A stretch of 42,966 bases of DNA, from the IMG/VR virus record IMGVR_UViG_3300045988_093752. One strand, written 5' to 3'. A program made the position numbers and the translations under genes. This DNA is from a virus. A model generated the notes under the pieces. The model was not told the origin of the DNA and did no database searches. It saw only the letters and a list, made by a program, of their open reading frames with translations. Below are positions 26,590-34,877 of the stretch, piece by piece. The stretch's first letter is position 1. Each line of letters opens with the position of its first letter.

Positions 26590-26943
26590 CTAATCCTCCT
26601 TTAATACTTTTTCAATAGCTTTGATTTGATTCTCTGTTAATGAATCAAACTTTCGAGCAAAAGCATTGGCTAAGCCCGCTAAATCAGCATCTTTCCCAAT
26701 CAGATTTATATTCACGTTCTGTTTAGATAAATCCGCTGCTTTTTCCAGATTTTCTATCTCATTCTGTGAAAGACTGTATAAAGAAGTTAATGAACTAATA
26801 AAAGATTTTGGAATTGCTTTTTTTCCATGCTCAATCGCAGATAAATACGATGATTTCACACCTAAACTATCCGCCATTGTTTTTAATAGTTCTCCTCGAT
26901 CTAAACGAATTTTTCTGACTTCCTTCCCAAACGCTGTAAGCAT
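26590..26943 (-). CDS. XRE-family HTH transcriptional regulator
   Basis: IRLDRGELLKTMADSLGVKSSYLSAIEHGKKAIP is a Cro/CI-type HTH. GGAGG RBS. Confidence 0.8.
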   Translation of the reverse strand: MLTAFGKEVRKIRLDRGELLKTMADSLGVKSSYLSAIEHGKKAIPKSFISSLTSLYSLSQNEIENLEKAADLSKQNVNINLIGKDADLAGLANAFARKFDSLTENQIKAIEKVLKED

Positions 26944-26979
26944 AAAGCAGTCCTCCTATCATTTCTCTAATGTCCATAG

Positions 26980-27009
26980 ATATTATCTCATAAAAAATTA
27001 ATATGTCAA
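26980..27009 (-). promoter_or_regulatory. Sigma-70-type promoter for the XRE-ImmA pair
   Basis: Minus strand reads TTGACA, 18-nt spacer, TAATAT, about 30 nt upstream of the XRE start. Confidence 0.55.
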
Positions 27010-27016
27010 CTTTTTA

Positions 27017-27034
27017 AAGTTATCATTTTAACTT
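27017..27034. promoter_or_regulatory. Palindromic operator candidate AAGTTA-N6-TAACTT
   Basis: Perfect 6-bp inverted arms just upstream of the -35. Related AAAGTT(A/G)A words are repeated nearby. Confidence 0.4.
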
Positions 27035-27052
27035 TGTATGGGTTAACTTTTT

Positions 27053-27490
27053 TTACACTAAACTGTGTATCTCATTTCTTATATGTTTCCATAACCCTTT
27101 TCTAGAATATCCATATTTATCGGCTACATCATATGTATTCATATTCCAGAAGTATAGATCAAACAAAATATTCTGGTCTTGCAAAGATAAAAGCTCGATT
27201 GCTCTGCATTCATTTAAACGTCTGCGATAATAATTTATTTCTTCCACTTTTAAAGTTTCTTCTTCCATCATTCCTAAAGGACTTGTATAAGAACCATGAA
27301 AGGTCGGCATAGGAGCACTGGATTTCTCCTGCTCCTTTGTCAACCTAATTGGATTATGGCTTAGTCCTAACATTTTATGATTCAGAACCTCAAGTTCCTC
27401 GTTTAATTCAATGATTCGATGGCAGCAATAGTTTGCCGACTTCAAATCATTCAACATTTGATTTACTTTTAATTTGTTCATTTTGTCCAC
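27053..27490 (-). CDS. ArpU/RinA-like late transcriptional regulator (sigma-70 region-4-like HTH)
   Basis: 145 aa. C-terminus LSLQDQNILFDLYFWNMNTYDVADKYGYSRKGLWKHIRNEI looks like sigma region 4. Position is last in the early region, upstream of the packaging genes. Confidence 0.5.
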   Translation of the reverse strand: MDKMNKLKVNQMLNDLKSANYCCHRIIELNEELEVLNHKMLGLSHNPIRLTKEQEKSSAPMPTFHGSYTSPLGMMEEETLKVEEINYYRRRLNECRAIELLSLQDQNILFDLYFWNMNTYDVADKYGYSRKGLWKHIRNEIHSLV

Positions 27491-27766
27491 CTACTTCTTC
27501 TTTGTGACAACTGACCCTCTATGCCAGGACTCTTCCCCACTACGATATCTTCTTTCGTTTGCTCTTTCCTGGTGTTTCTTATATTCTTTTAAACCTAAAT
27601 TCTCACGTTCAAGCTTGACGATGTATTCGGTAATTTTTAAGACTGCTTTGTTTAGCTCGAAGAAATCTTTTTCTTGTAAAATTCTATATCTGATATGAGT
27701 ATGTAATCTAATACACTCCTTTTGAATTAATTCATCGTGAATATCATATTCAGTTATGCTCATCAC
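27491..27766 (-). CDS. Hypothetical protein (91 aa)
   Basis: ORF abutting the next gene on the operon strand; no recognisable motif. Confidence 0.5.
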   Translation of the reverse strand: MMSITEYDIHDELIQKECIRLHTHIRYRILQEKDFFELNKAVLKITEYIVKLERENLGLKEYKKHQERANERRYRSGEESWHRGSVVTKKK

Positions 27767-27821
27767 TTCGTCTCCTTAAGTCCTTTTTGTTTTGCTCCAA
27801 TTCATTCATTAATACTTCATT

Positions 27822-27920
27822 CTAGTATTCCAGGTTGTTGATTCGTTCTCCTGCTATCGTTGAATACAGAATTAAACTGATTATATTTCCAATAAATAAG
27901 CCAATCGACAACCACATCAT
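27822..27920 (-). CDS. Tiny membrane peptide (32 aa), hypothetical
   Basis: MMWLSIGLFIGNIISLILYSTIAGERINNLEY. ATGA start/stop overlap with the upstream ORF. Confidence 0.3.
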   Translation of the reverse strand: MMWLSIGLFIGNIISLILYSTIAGERINNLEY

Positions 27921-28141
27921 TCAATATATCCTCCTAAATAATTATCTGTATATTTATCAGACTCAAACTCTTCAATCATCATTGTGAATCTTTTTCTCCA
28001 AGGATCGCTAGCTTTCTTCAATAACGTTTCTTTCATTTTTTCTGCATTCGCTTTTGATGTGAATATTCCATATGCGTGTAATTCACATCCACACTCTTCT
28101 TCGTATGCATCTTCATACAGTAGATATAACTTCATTCTCAA
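27917..28141 (-). CDS. Hypothetical protein (74 aa)
   Basis: Coupled ORF in the early operon. Confidence 0.5.
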   Translation of the reverse strand: MRMKLYLLYEDAYEEECGCELHAYGIFTSKANAEKMKETLLKKASDPWRKRFTMMIEEFESDKYTDNYLGGYIE

Positions 28142-28353
28142 TCCTCCACAAATTCAATTTGTTCTCTTCCAACAATAAATCTAGCACCATCTTCAAATTC
28201 AATATCAAATAAAGTTTTAACAACTCCATTACGTATTAGTCTATGCTTCACATCTATAATGTTTCCGATTTTACCAACGTAATATCCAGAAGTCCAATCT
28301 GCTAAAAAAAGCACGTCATTATCGTTTAAATACAATAGTATAGCTTTACGCAT
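28138..28353 (-). CDS. Hypothetical protein (71 aa)
   Basis: 4-nt overlap with its downstream neighbour and 1-nt overlap with its upstream neighbour. Confidence 0.5.
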   Translation of the reverse strand: MRKAILLYLNDNDVLFLADWTSGYYVGKIGNIIDVKHRLIRNGVVKTLFDIEFEDGARFIVGREQIEFVED

Positions 28354-28943
28354 TATTCAATCACCTCACAATTTGCTAGAATATCTGTAATTTTTTCACT
28401 CTTATTAACGTCTTTGAAATACCCTTTTTCTTTCATTACGACTAAAGGATTTATATCTTTAAACTTGTATCCGTTTGCATAGCTTTGTAACAAATCATAT
28501 TCAAACTGATTTAATTGATATTTTCGCTTAAATGTCTTTAACATCCATTCCATTCTCTTTCTAGCACATGTAAAACGCTTATCGTTAAAATAACATTGAT
28601 CACACAAACTATTTCGGCACGTTGTAGGTTTTCCATTTACTAGCGCAAACTCATAGCCTGCATATTTGATTTCGTCTTTATAATGTTCAAGATTTGTTTC
28701 TTGCTTTTCTTCTTCTAACCAACCTAATTCTTTGCATTGCTGGATGATTGCTTTTAGTTCTGAATCCGTGATAGTTACGGAGTCAATAACCCCTTTTGCT
28801 TTCACAAACCGCTTCTCTTTAACAAAAAACTCAAGTATAATATTCTTTTCATAGAGTCTATACGGAATAACTTTATCTTTTACATATGCAGCTTCATCGG
28901 CAAGTTTATATCCAAGCTCTTCAAACATTTCTCTAGCAGTCAT
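28353..28943 (-). CDS. Hypothetical protein (196 aa)
   Basis: Long ORF on the operon strand with a Cys cluster (CRNSLCDQCYF..C). Confidence 0.55.
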   Translation of the reverse strand: MTAREMFEELGYKLADEAAYVKDKVIPYRLYEKNIILEFFVKEKRFVKAKGVIDSVTITDSELKAIIQQCKELGWLEEEKQETNLEHYKDEIKYAGYEFALVNGKPTTCRNSLCDQCYFNDKRFTCARKRMEWMLKTFKRKYQLNQFEYDLLQSYANGYKFKDINPLVVMKEKGYFKDVNKSEKITDILANCEVIE

Positions 28944-28962
28944 ATTCCCTTATCTCCCTTTT

Positions 28963-29196
28963 TTAATCGTCAATAGCCTGTTTAACTTGTTTCAAGTCTA
29001 AATCTACGTTAGAAACTAAATCTGCCATACGATTGTTAGAATAGCTCTGTAAAGCCGATTCTAGCGTTGTATGGTATGAGATAGGCTTTTGTACGTCTAT
29101 CACATTTCCCTCTTTATCCTTGCCCTTTCCAAACATTACAAGGGCGAATGAACCACTGCTAGAAGTGATTGCATAATTGTTTTGTAATCTAATCAT
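28963..29196 (-). CDS. Hypothetical protein (77 aa)
   Basis: ORF on the operon strand. Confidence 0.45.
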   Translation of the reverse strand: MIRLQNNYAITSSSGSFALVMFGKGKDKEGNVIDVQKPISYHTTLESALQSYSNNRMADLVSNVDLDLKQVKQAIDD

Positions 29197-29461
29197 TTTC
29201 TACAACCTCTCCATTTTCAAAATGATATTTTTTTAAAATATCCTCAAATTTCAATTTTAAAGGTTCTGTCGATAATACAATGTAATTTTCGTTTAATTCC
29301 TGTCCATCAAACAAACCGACAATATATCCAAAACAATCACCGAAAATATACCATTCAGTTAAAGGTATCATTTGAAATTCATCTTCGTCTTTAATACCTC
29401 TTTCTTCCATAAAATCTTTCAGTTTTTTAACTTCTAACATTTTATTACTCATTCCTCTCAC
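29189..29461 (-). CDS. Hypothetical protein (~83-90 aa, start uncertain)
   Basis: ORF on the operon strand; several candidate ATGs (M1/M4/M8). Confidence 0.45.
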   Translation of the reverse strand: MRGMSNKMLEVKKLKDFMEERGIKDEDEFQMIPLTEWYIFGDCFGYIVGLFDGQELNENYIVLSTEPLKLKFEDILKKYHFENGEVVEND

Positions 29462-29579
29462 TTTTATAACTGCCTGTTAACAACAATAACAATAAAAACC
29501 AATAACTATAATTTGCACACATATAACAAGTAATTCCTATTATTGCTAGGTTGTATAACATACAAGCTATTTCAACCAT
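29445..29579 (-). CDS. Small membrane peptide (44 aa), hypothetical
   Basis: AGGAGA RBS. MVEIACMLYNLAIIGITCYMCANYSYWFLLLLLLTGSYKSERNE. Confidence 0.35.
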   Translation of the reverse strand: MVEIACMLYNLAIIGITCYMCANYSYWFLLLLLLTGSYKSERNE

Positions 29580-29591
29580 TTTCTTTCTCTC

Positions 29592-29747
29592 CTATTTTTT
29601 GCATTCCAGTATGCCAGCAATAATAGTAATAATGATAAGTACAATTTCAATGATTCCTGGAAGTAATACCAACCACCAAGACCATGCAATTACATTAATT
29701 AATTTCAAAATTATAAAAACAATTGTCAGTATTTCTAAAAATCCCAT
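29592..29747 (-). CDS. Small membrane peptide (51 aa), hypothetical
   Basis: AAGGAGGAA RBS. MGFLEILTIVFIILKLINVIAWSWWLVLLPGIIEIVLIIITIIAGILECKK (two hydrophobic helices). Confidence 0.4.
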   Translation of the reverse strand: MGFLEILTIVFIILKLINVIAWSWWLVLLPGIIEIVLIIITIIAGILECKK

Positions 29748-29748
29748 T

Positions 29749-29991
29749 TTATTCCTCCTTTAATGATTCCAATTCACGAATAAAATAATCCATCATCGTA
29801 ATACGTTTTTCTTTTTCATCAATTCGTTTGGCTAAATTGCTGTATTTATCTTCCATTCCAATAAACACATCTTGATTCAATATTCTTTTCATATCTTCAA
29901 TTTCCATGTCTCTGAGATTAGTTTCTACTCTAATTCTGTCTCGATATACATGGATTAAATCATCAATTTTGCTCATTACTTTCTTTCTCAC
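29749..29991 (-). CDS. Hypothetical coiled-coil protein (80 aa)
   Basis: ORF on the operon strand. Confidence 0.45.
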   Translation of the reverse strand: MRKKVMSKIDDLIHVYRDRIRVETNLRDMEIEDMKRILNQDVFIGMEDKYSNLAKRIDEKEKRITMMDYFIRELESLKEE

Positions 29992-30571
29992 TTTCTTTAG
30001 TAAATCTATCGACTAATTCTTGCAATAACTCAAAATTCATTTCTTCTTCTTTTGACATTTTTGCTAAATCATCATTTTTGTAATCTTTCAGTTCTTCAAC
30101 GAATGCTTTCTTAATCATCATCAATGCACGTTGGTATTTATATGCTTCTGGATATTTTTTCATGTATTCAAGCTCCTTTCGTAAATCGGCCATAGTCTCA
30201 GTATCTACTGATTTTACTTTGCTCATTCGCTCATCGTATTCTTCTTTCGTAACGATTAGCTTGAATGGTGGATTGTCTGCGTGCTCATACATACATTCTT
30301 GGCAAGTCTGACAAGTGATTTTCTTTGTGTAATGTTTGCAATATAAGCATCCCATTTGACCACGAATATCTGGACTTCCCCAAGTACCTGGATAACTTCT
30401 CCCACAAAACTTTTTCCTACCATGCCCCATCTTAATGATGTGCCTACATCCCTCACACTTTTCATCATAGAAATATGAATGTGTAGGCAAATCATTCCAT
30501 CTTTCACATACTTCATATTCTTCAAGTTTGCCACGATCGTTAGGAATCTTGATTTTAATTTCTTTGAGCAT
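29963..30571 (-). CDS. Cys-rich (zinc-binding?) hypothetical protein (202 aa)
   Basis: Multiple CxxC-type pairs (CEGCRH, CLYCKH, CQTCQEC). Confidence 0.5.
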   Translation of the reverse strand: MLKEIKIKIPNDRGKLEEYEVCERWNDLPTHSYFYDEKCEGCRHIIKMGHGRKKFCGRSYPGTWGSPDIRGQMGCLYCKHYTKKITCQTCQECMYEHADNPPFKLIVTKEEYDERMSKVKSVDTETMADLRKELEYMKKYPEAYKYQRALMMIKKAFVEELKDYKNDDLAKMSKEEEMNFELLQELVDRFTKESEKESNEQN

Positions 30572-30574
30572 TAA

Positions 30575-30745
30575 TTAAAAATCATCCTCCTCATTTGAAT
30601 CATCATTAATAATTGCGTTGTATAAGTATTCAATACGTTCTCTGTATTCCTCTTTTGTAATCTCTGATAAAGACTTTTTAAATCCTGTAGGCAACAATTT
30701 AAATCCAAATTCTTTTTCAAATTCATCTAAATCTTTTTCTGTCAT
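30575..30745 (-). CDS. Small acidic protein (56 aa), hypothetical
   Basis: Not in the ORF track. MTEKDLDEFEKEFGFKLLPTGFKKSLSEITKEEYRERIEYLYNAIINDDSNEEDDF. Fills the 30572-30757 gap. Confidence 0.35.
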   Translation of the reverse strand: MTEKDLDEFEKEFGFKLLPTGFKKSLSEITKEEYRERIEYLYNAIINDDSNEEDDF

Positions 30746-30757
30746 ATTTGCACCTCA

Positions 30758-31048
30758 TCACTTTTCTTTTTGTTCTAACATGCGAAATTCTGAATAGTCG
30801 ACTCTTTTCTTTACTGTTACCACTTCATCATCTGCAGGCATATAGAACGTTAATCCACACTGATTCGCAATAAGTTCTTCAATTCTATCTAGAACCTTCA
30901 ACGCTTTTTCTTCTGTTGAATAAACGCCTAATCTATCAGTGACTCCTCCTGCACTCTCGCAATATATTACCCAACCATCTGATTCATTACACATGAACAT
31001 TAAATTGATATCTGCTAACATATTTCTTTTTTGGCTTCTAATCCACAT
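30758..31048 (-). CDS. Hypothetical protein (96 aa)
   Basis: ORF on the operon strand. Confidence 0.45.
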   Translation of the reverse strand: MWIRSQKRNMLADINLMFMCNESDGWVIYCESAGGVTDRLGVYSTEEKALKVLDRIEELIANQCGLTFYMPADDEVVTVKKRVDYSEFRMLEQKEK

Positions 31049-31049
31049 C

Positions 31050-31565
31050 TTAATAGCCTTCTTTCAATCTTTGATAATTCACTTTGTTTTTATCGCAGTA
31101 AGCTTCGTAAATTTGTTGGATGTTGAATCCAATGTATTCACTTATTGCGATTAATTGAAGAATTCTTCCTTTCGGACTCATTAATAAATTGCCTAATGCT
31201 AACGATAATCCATCCGATTCAATAAGCACGCGATATGTATTTAATATCCTGTTAATTTCATCTAATGTATAATGATCAAAATATCTAGTTCCTTTTAAAT
31301 TCACATTTACATGAATCAATACAAAATGCCAAATATCAACTAATTCTTCTAGCACTTTTTTTCTATCAACAGGAGCTTGGCTTTTCTTCCACCAGCACCA
31401 GTCGCCTTTTAGTTCATGAGTGAATTCACCAATCTCATCAAGTGTGGCCAAGTCAATCTGTTCCTTTGAAATTGTAGTCAAGCCAAACTCTTTCATGATG
31501 GCCGAATTCAGCTCATCTTGTTTCTTTAGCATTGTCTCAATCATGCGTAGTTCTGAGTCTTTCAT
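31050..31565 (-). CDS. All-alpha NTP pyrophosphohydrolase (dimeric dUTPase-like), tentative
   Basis: LDEIGEFTHELKGDWCWWKK...VLEELVDIWHFVL resembles dimeric dUTPase/MazG-like motifs. Start set to ATG 31565 (AAGGAGG upstream). Confidence 0.45.
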   Translation of the reverse strand: MKDSELRMIETMLKKQDELNSAIMKEFGLTTISKEQIDLATLDEIGEFTHELKGDWCWWKKSQAPVDRKKVLEELVDIWHFVLIHVNVNLKGTRYFDHYTLDEINRILNTYRVLIESDGLSLALGNLLMSPKGRILQLIAISEYIGFNIQQIYEAYCDKNKVNYQRLKEGY

Positions 31566-31661
31566 TACTTTTCCTCCTTGTTGTCTTTTGATGAAATCCA
31601 TTCAAGCGTTTTGAATGTTTCCTCGTTTTGTTTTTTTGCTTTAAAACTTCGCCATTCTTCA

Positions 31662-32171
31662 TCAGAAAGGCAAATCATCCGATGCAATCTCAAGAGCATC
31701 AACTTCGGCTTGTTGAGTCAAGCTTTGCGCATACTGCACATTCGATTGATTGTGATTCCTTGTCTGAGCTCCATACGATTGATTCTGAGCGTAACTTTGA
31801 GTGCCATAGGTATTTGTAACTCCTAGAGTGTTTTGCTCGTTAAAATCATTTCTAGGTGTCAAAAACTGCACGTTCTCTGCGATGACTTCTGTGACATAGA
31901 CTTTTTGCCCTTGCTGGTTGTCGTATGAACGTGTATTGATTCGGCCTTCAATGCCCAGCTGATTCCCTTTCTTCTGGTACAGTTGGATGTTGTCGGCCAG
32001 TTTGTTCCAGGCTACGCAGTTGATGAAATCAGCCTCTTGTGTTCCGTCTTGATTCTGTCTTCGATTGACTGCCAAGGTAAACGAACACACGCTTGTTCCG
32101 CTCTGTGTCTTTCTGAGCTCTGGATCACGTGTCAATCGGCCAATCAGAACGACTCTGTTGATATCCTGCAT
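31662..32171 (-). CDS. ssb: Single-stranded DNA-binding protein
   Basis: [34 protein letters not shown] is an OB fold. Gln/Asn-rich linker and C-terminal acidic tip DDLPF. Confidence 0.9.
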   Translation of the reverse strand: MQDINRVVLIGRLTRDPELRKTQSGTSVCSFTLAVNRRQNQDGTQEADFINCVAWNKLADNIQLYQKKGNQLGIEGRINTRSYDNQQGQKVYVTEVIAENVQFLTPRNDFNEQNTLGVTNTYGTQSYAQNQSYGAQTRNHNQSNVQYAQSLTQQAEVDALEIASDDLPF

Positions 32172-32175
32172 AGGC

Positions 32176-32661
32176 TCACGCTTTCAATCCGCAATCATTC
32201 GCGATTGCCTGCATAGATTCGACCATCATCTGACGCATCTTTTTCGTATCTGCAGTAACCAAGTCGACCAGGTCGTTGAATTCCGCCATGTTGATTGTGC
32301 TCTTGAAAGCTTGATACTTCTCAACAAGTGTCGGTTCGACTTCTGGCTCTTCTTCCTGGATGGATTCAACCACCTGAGCTTCTTCTGGTTTTGATTCAGA
32401 TGCTGCATTGACTACGACCTCCGTTTTTTCTTCGACTTGCTTTTTGACAGCGGGTCTTCCACGTCGCTTTGCGATTTTCTCGACGATATCCGATTCACGG
32501 ATATTCATGCCGTTGATTCGGTATGGTGCTACGTTGTCTGTATCGTCAACGTATGCGATAAGTCCTTCTCTGTCCACTCCTGCACAGTGATAAACGACTT
32601 TATCACCAGGAGCGTATTTGAGTTCTTGTTTTTCGATTTGTTTTTTAGTTTTCATTTTCAC
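32176..32661 (-). CDS. Hypothetical protein (161 aa)
   Basis: ORF between the replisome organiser and SSB; acidic middle region. Confidence 0.5.
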   Translation of the reverse strand: MKMKTKKQIEKQELKYAPGDKVVYHCAGVDREGLIAYVDDTDNVAPYRINGMNIRESDIVEKIAKRRGRPAVKKQVEEKTEVVVNAASESKPEEAQVVESIQEEEPEVEPTLVEKYQAFKSTINMAEFNDLVDLVTADTKKMRQMMVESMQAIANDCGLKA

Positions 32662-33620
32662 AGTTCTCCATTTTTGATTTTTTCCTGCAGCTGCGCTAAT
32701 TCGCTTTGCAGTTGCTCTTCTGACATCTGGACTGGTTTAGCATAGAACTTCTCATCCAGCTGGATTGCTTTGATTCCTGGGTTGTCTTCTTCACGTTCCG
32801 CTTTGCTCCATTTCTTCAAAAGTCCTTTCCAGTCCCTGATAGGGTCATTGCCTGTCTTCCATCCGGTGGATTCATAGTGTTTCCAAAACTTTTTGGCATC
32901 TACGTTCAAGTTGTGTTCCTGGATGTAGTCCACGATTTCTGAAATGGACGGTTTAACAAAACAGTCAGTCCAGTCAGTCTGCACATTTTCGTTTGTTGCA
33001 CTTTTTGACGCAGCCACACTATCTAACTTCTGACTACTGACTGACTTATTTCTAGACTCTAGACTCTTATCTCTAGACTCTAATCTCTTATCGGACAATG
33101 TCCTTTTTTTGTCCGGGAAAATGTCCTCCACTTTGTCCTTCGATTTTTTCTCTGTTTTTGAGCTCGTTTTTCGAGTGTTTTTTGAGCCTTTTTTAGGACT
33201 CTTTTCAGACGGATTTTTCTGTTTATTTTCACGATACAATCGCTTTTTTTGTGCCCATCCGGTCTCTGATCCAATCATCGATTCATAATTTGCAATCTTC
33301 ATCACATTGTTCTCAGACACTACAATCAGTCTTAAATTCTGGAATAATTCAAGGGCCGCTCTGACTGTGTCTGCGGAAAAAAACTTTGTGTCACGTGCAA
33401 TTTTATCGACAGTGTATGGAACTAATATATTGCCAATTTTTGTAGCTAAAACACCATTTGTGTTTGATGTCATGGTGCACAATTTAATGTATAGGGTTAC
33501 GTATTTACATCCGTCTTCCTGGGATAAAAGAAAATCGATTGCGTCACTTTCGAAAAAATCAGTCTTCAACTTGATCCAATAATAAACTTTGCTATTATCC
33601 TTGATTTCCGACATATGCAA
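32658..33620 (-). CDS. Phage replisome organiser / DnaD-like replication initiation protein
   Basis: N-terminus YYWIKLKTDFFESDAIDFLLSQEDGCKYVTLYIKLC is the replisome-organiser N-terminal pattern. C-terminus KFWKHYESTGWKTGNDPIRDWKGLLKKW is DnaD/DnaB_2-like. Confidence 0.75.
   Translation of the reverse strand: MHMSEIKDNSKVYYWIKLKTDFFESDAIDFLLSQEDGCKYVTLYIKLCTMTSNTNGVLATKIGNILVPYTVDKIARDTKFFSADTVRAALELFQNLRLIVVSENNVMKIANYESMIGSETGWAQKKRLYRENKQKNPSEKSPKKGSKNTRKTSSKTEKKSKDKVEDIFPDKKRTLSDKRLESRDKSLESRNKSVSSQKLDSVAASKSATNENVQTDWTDCFVKPSISEIVDYIQEHNLNVDAKKFWKHYESTGWKTGNDPIRDWKGLLKKWSKAEREEDNPGIKAIQLDEKFYAKPVQMSEEQLQSELAQLQEKIKNGEL
32962..33090. repeat. Cluster of direct and inverted short repeats inside the replisome-organiser gene (candidate ori)
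   Basis: CAGTCAGTC x2 tandem (32962-32979). Inverted copy gactgact within 33032-33046. CTAGACTC x3 at 33052-33059, 33059-33066 and 33072-33079. Confidence 0.5.
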
Positions 33621-33626
33621 TCCTTT

Positions 33627-34058
33627 CTATTCTTCTTCTGGTTCTATTTCATTTATAACTACCATTACGCATGGCTTTTGTGCATATCTCTTGAAGACAT
33701 GCAGGTCTGATACTTGCTTATCATCTTCGAAAGCCACTTTATTTAAGGAGTCCAGTACAACTTTTGCAATGTTGTCGGAATCTGGCTTCTTTTGTGGTTG
33801 GATTTCATTTGCGAGCATCTTATTTAGTTTCACTTTTGATACATTCTTAGGTGGTGAGAAATACGCGAAAATCTTCACTTCCAGGGACCCTTCCAGCATG
33901 CTTGGAGTGCCACACTGTTCCATGAAGCTTAATCGTACTAGATTCTCATATTCAACTGTTTTAGGTGGTGTATGCACACTTACATACTTACCACGATTAG
34001 AGAATCGAGGTCTTCCTTTGGACCCCGGTTCTCCTGGTACTACAAACTGATAACGCAT
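33627..34058 (-). CDS. rusA: RusA-family Holliday junction resolvase
   Basis: FVVPGEPGSKGRPRF...KPDSDNIAKVVLDSLNKVAFEDDKQV matches RusA motifs. Confidence 0.8.
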   Translation of the reverse strand: MRYQFVVPGEPGSKGRPRFSNRGKYVSVHTPPKTVEYENLVRLSFMEQCGTPSMLEGSLEVKIFAYFSPPKNVSKVKLNKMLANEIQPQKKPDSDNIAKVVLDSLNKVAFEDDKQVSDLHVFKRYAQKPCVMVVINEIEPEEE

Positions 34059-34864
34059 TATTCTTTGATTTCTCCGGTTACTGGATCTTCACCAGGTTGT
34101 TCCTGATATTCTGCATCAAAGAATTCATTTGGAACATCTGCCATATCTTCTTCAATCGTTGTCTTGATTGATTCATCTGTATTCATTTGCTTAACGAATT
34201 CAGTTTTCAAAGGAGCATATTTTAACAATTTCTTTAAAACTGTTTTCTTGGCCATTTCATCAAAGTTTGTTTTCCATGGGCCGCTGCTATATGACTTAGA
34301 ATATTTTTTCGCATGATCAAGAACATCTTCATACGACATGACCTGGAATCCTTGGCCACCATTCACTAATTTGAACGTTGCATAATAATAGATTGGCTTG
34401 CCTCGATTTGTTCTTGCAGGTTTATGTTTAAGTACTGGATCCATTCCAAGCTCATACTCAAACTCATCATTTTCATAAACGACTTGAGCATCAATCATCT
34501 TGACTTCGCCTGAACGATATGCCAGGTCAATCAATCCCTTGTAGCCAATCTGGAACTGACAAGCTCCACCATACGGAATCAGATAGGCTTGTCCTAACGG
34601 AGTGTTTGGCTCCAATCCTAATTGTGCTGCATTCATCATTGCAGCCAAGAATGACTGTGGAGTACATGATGCTAGCTTGGCATTATTAGATACTGCAGAT
34701 AATGCGATTCGTGTGAATCGTTCTGGAGTCATTACACTAGGCAATGCCTTTGCGATTTCTCCTGACATAACAGAAATGTAATCTTTAATTGTTTGTGGCT
34801 GCTTTTTGGCCACTTTATTCGACTGCGTCTTTGCAATCATTCCTTGTTGATTTGTTGTAGTCAT
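34058..34864 (-). CDS. recT: RecT-family single-strand annealing recombinase
   Basis: LGLEPNTPLGQAYLIPYGG.CQFQIGYKGLIDLAYRSGEV. Paired with an upstream exonuclease. Confidence 0.85.
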   Translation of the reverse strand: MTTTNQQGMIAKTQSNKVAKKQPQTIKDYISVMSGEIAKALPSVMTPERFTRIALSAVSNNAKLASCTPQSFLAAMMNAAQLGLEPNTPLGQAYLIPYGGACQFQIGYKGLIDLAYRSGEVKMIDAQVVYENDEFEYELGMDPVLKHKPARTNRGKPIYYYATFKLVNGGQGFQVMSYEDVLDHAKKYSKSYSSGPWKTNFDEMAKKTVLKKLLKYAPLKTEFVKQMNTDESIKTTIEEDMADVPNEFFDAEYQEQPGEDPVTGEIKE

Positions 34865-34877
34865 ATAATTTATCCTC

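Noticed and set aside
29551-29763. 70-aa plus-strand hydrophobic ORF
   Set aside because: It has a TTG start, no RBS, and lies on the opposite strand to every neighbour. The same DNA encodes two minus-strand micro-ORFs with good RBSs.
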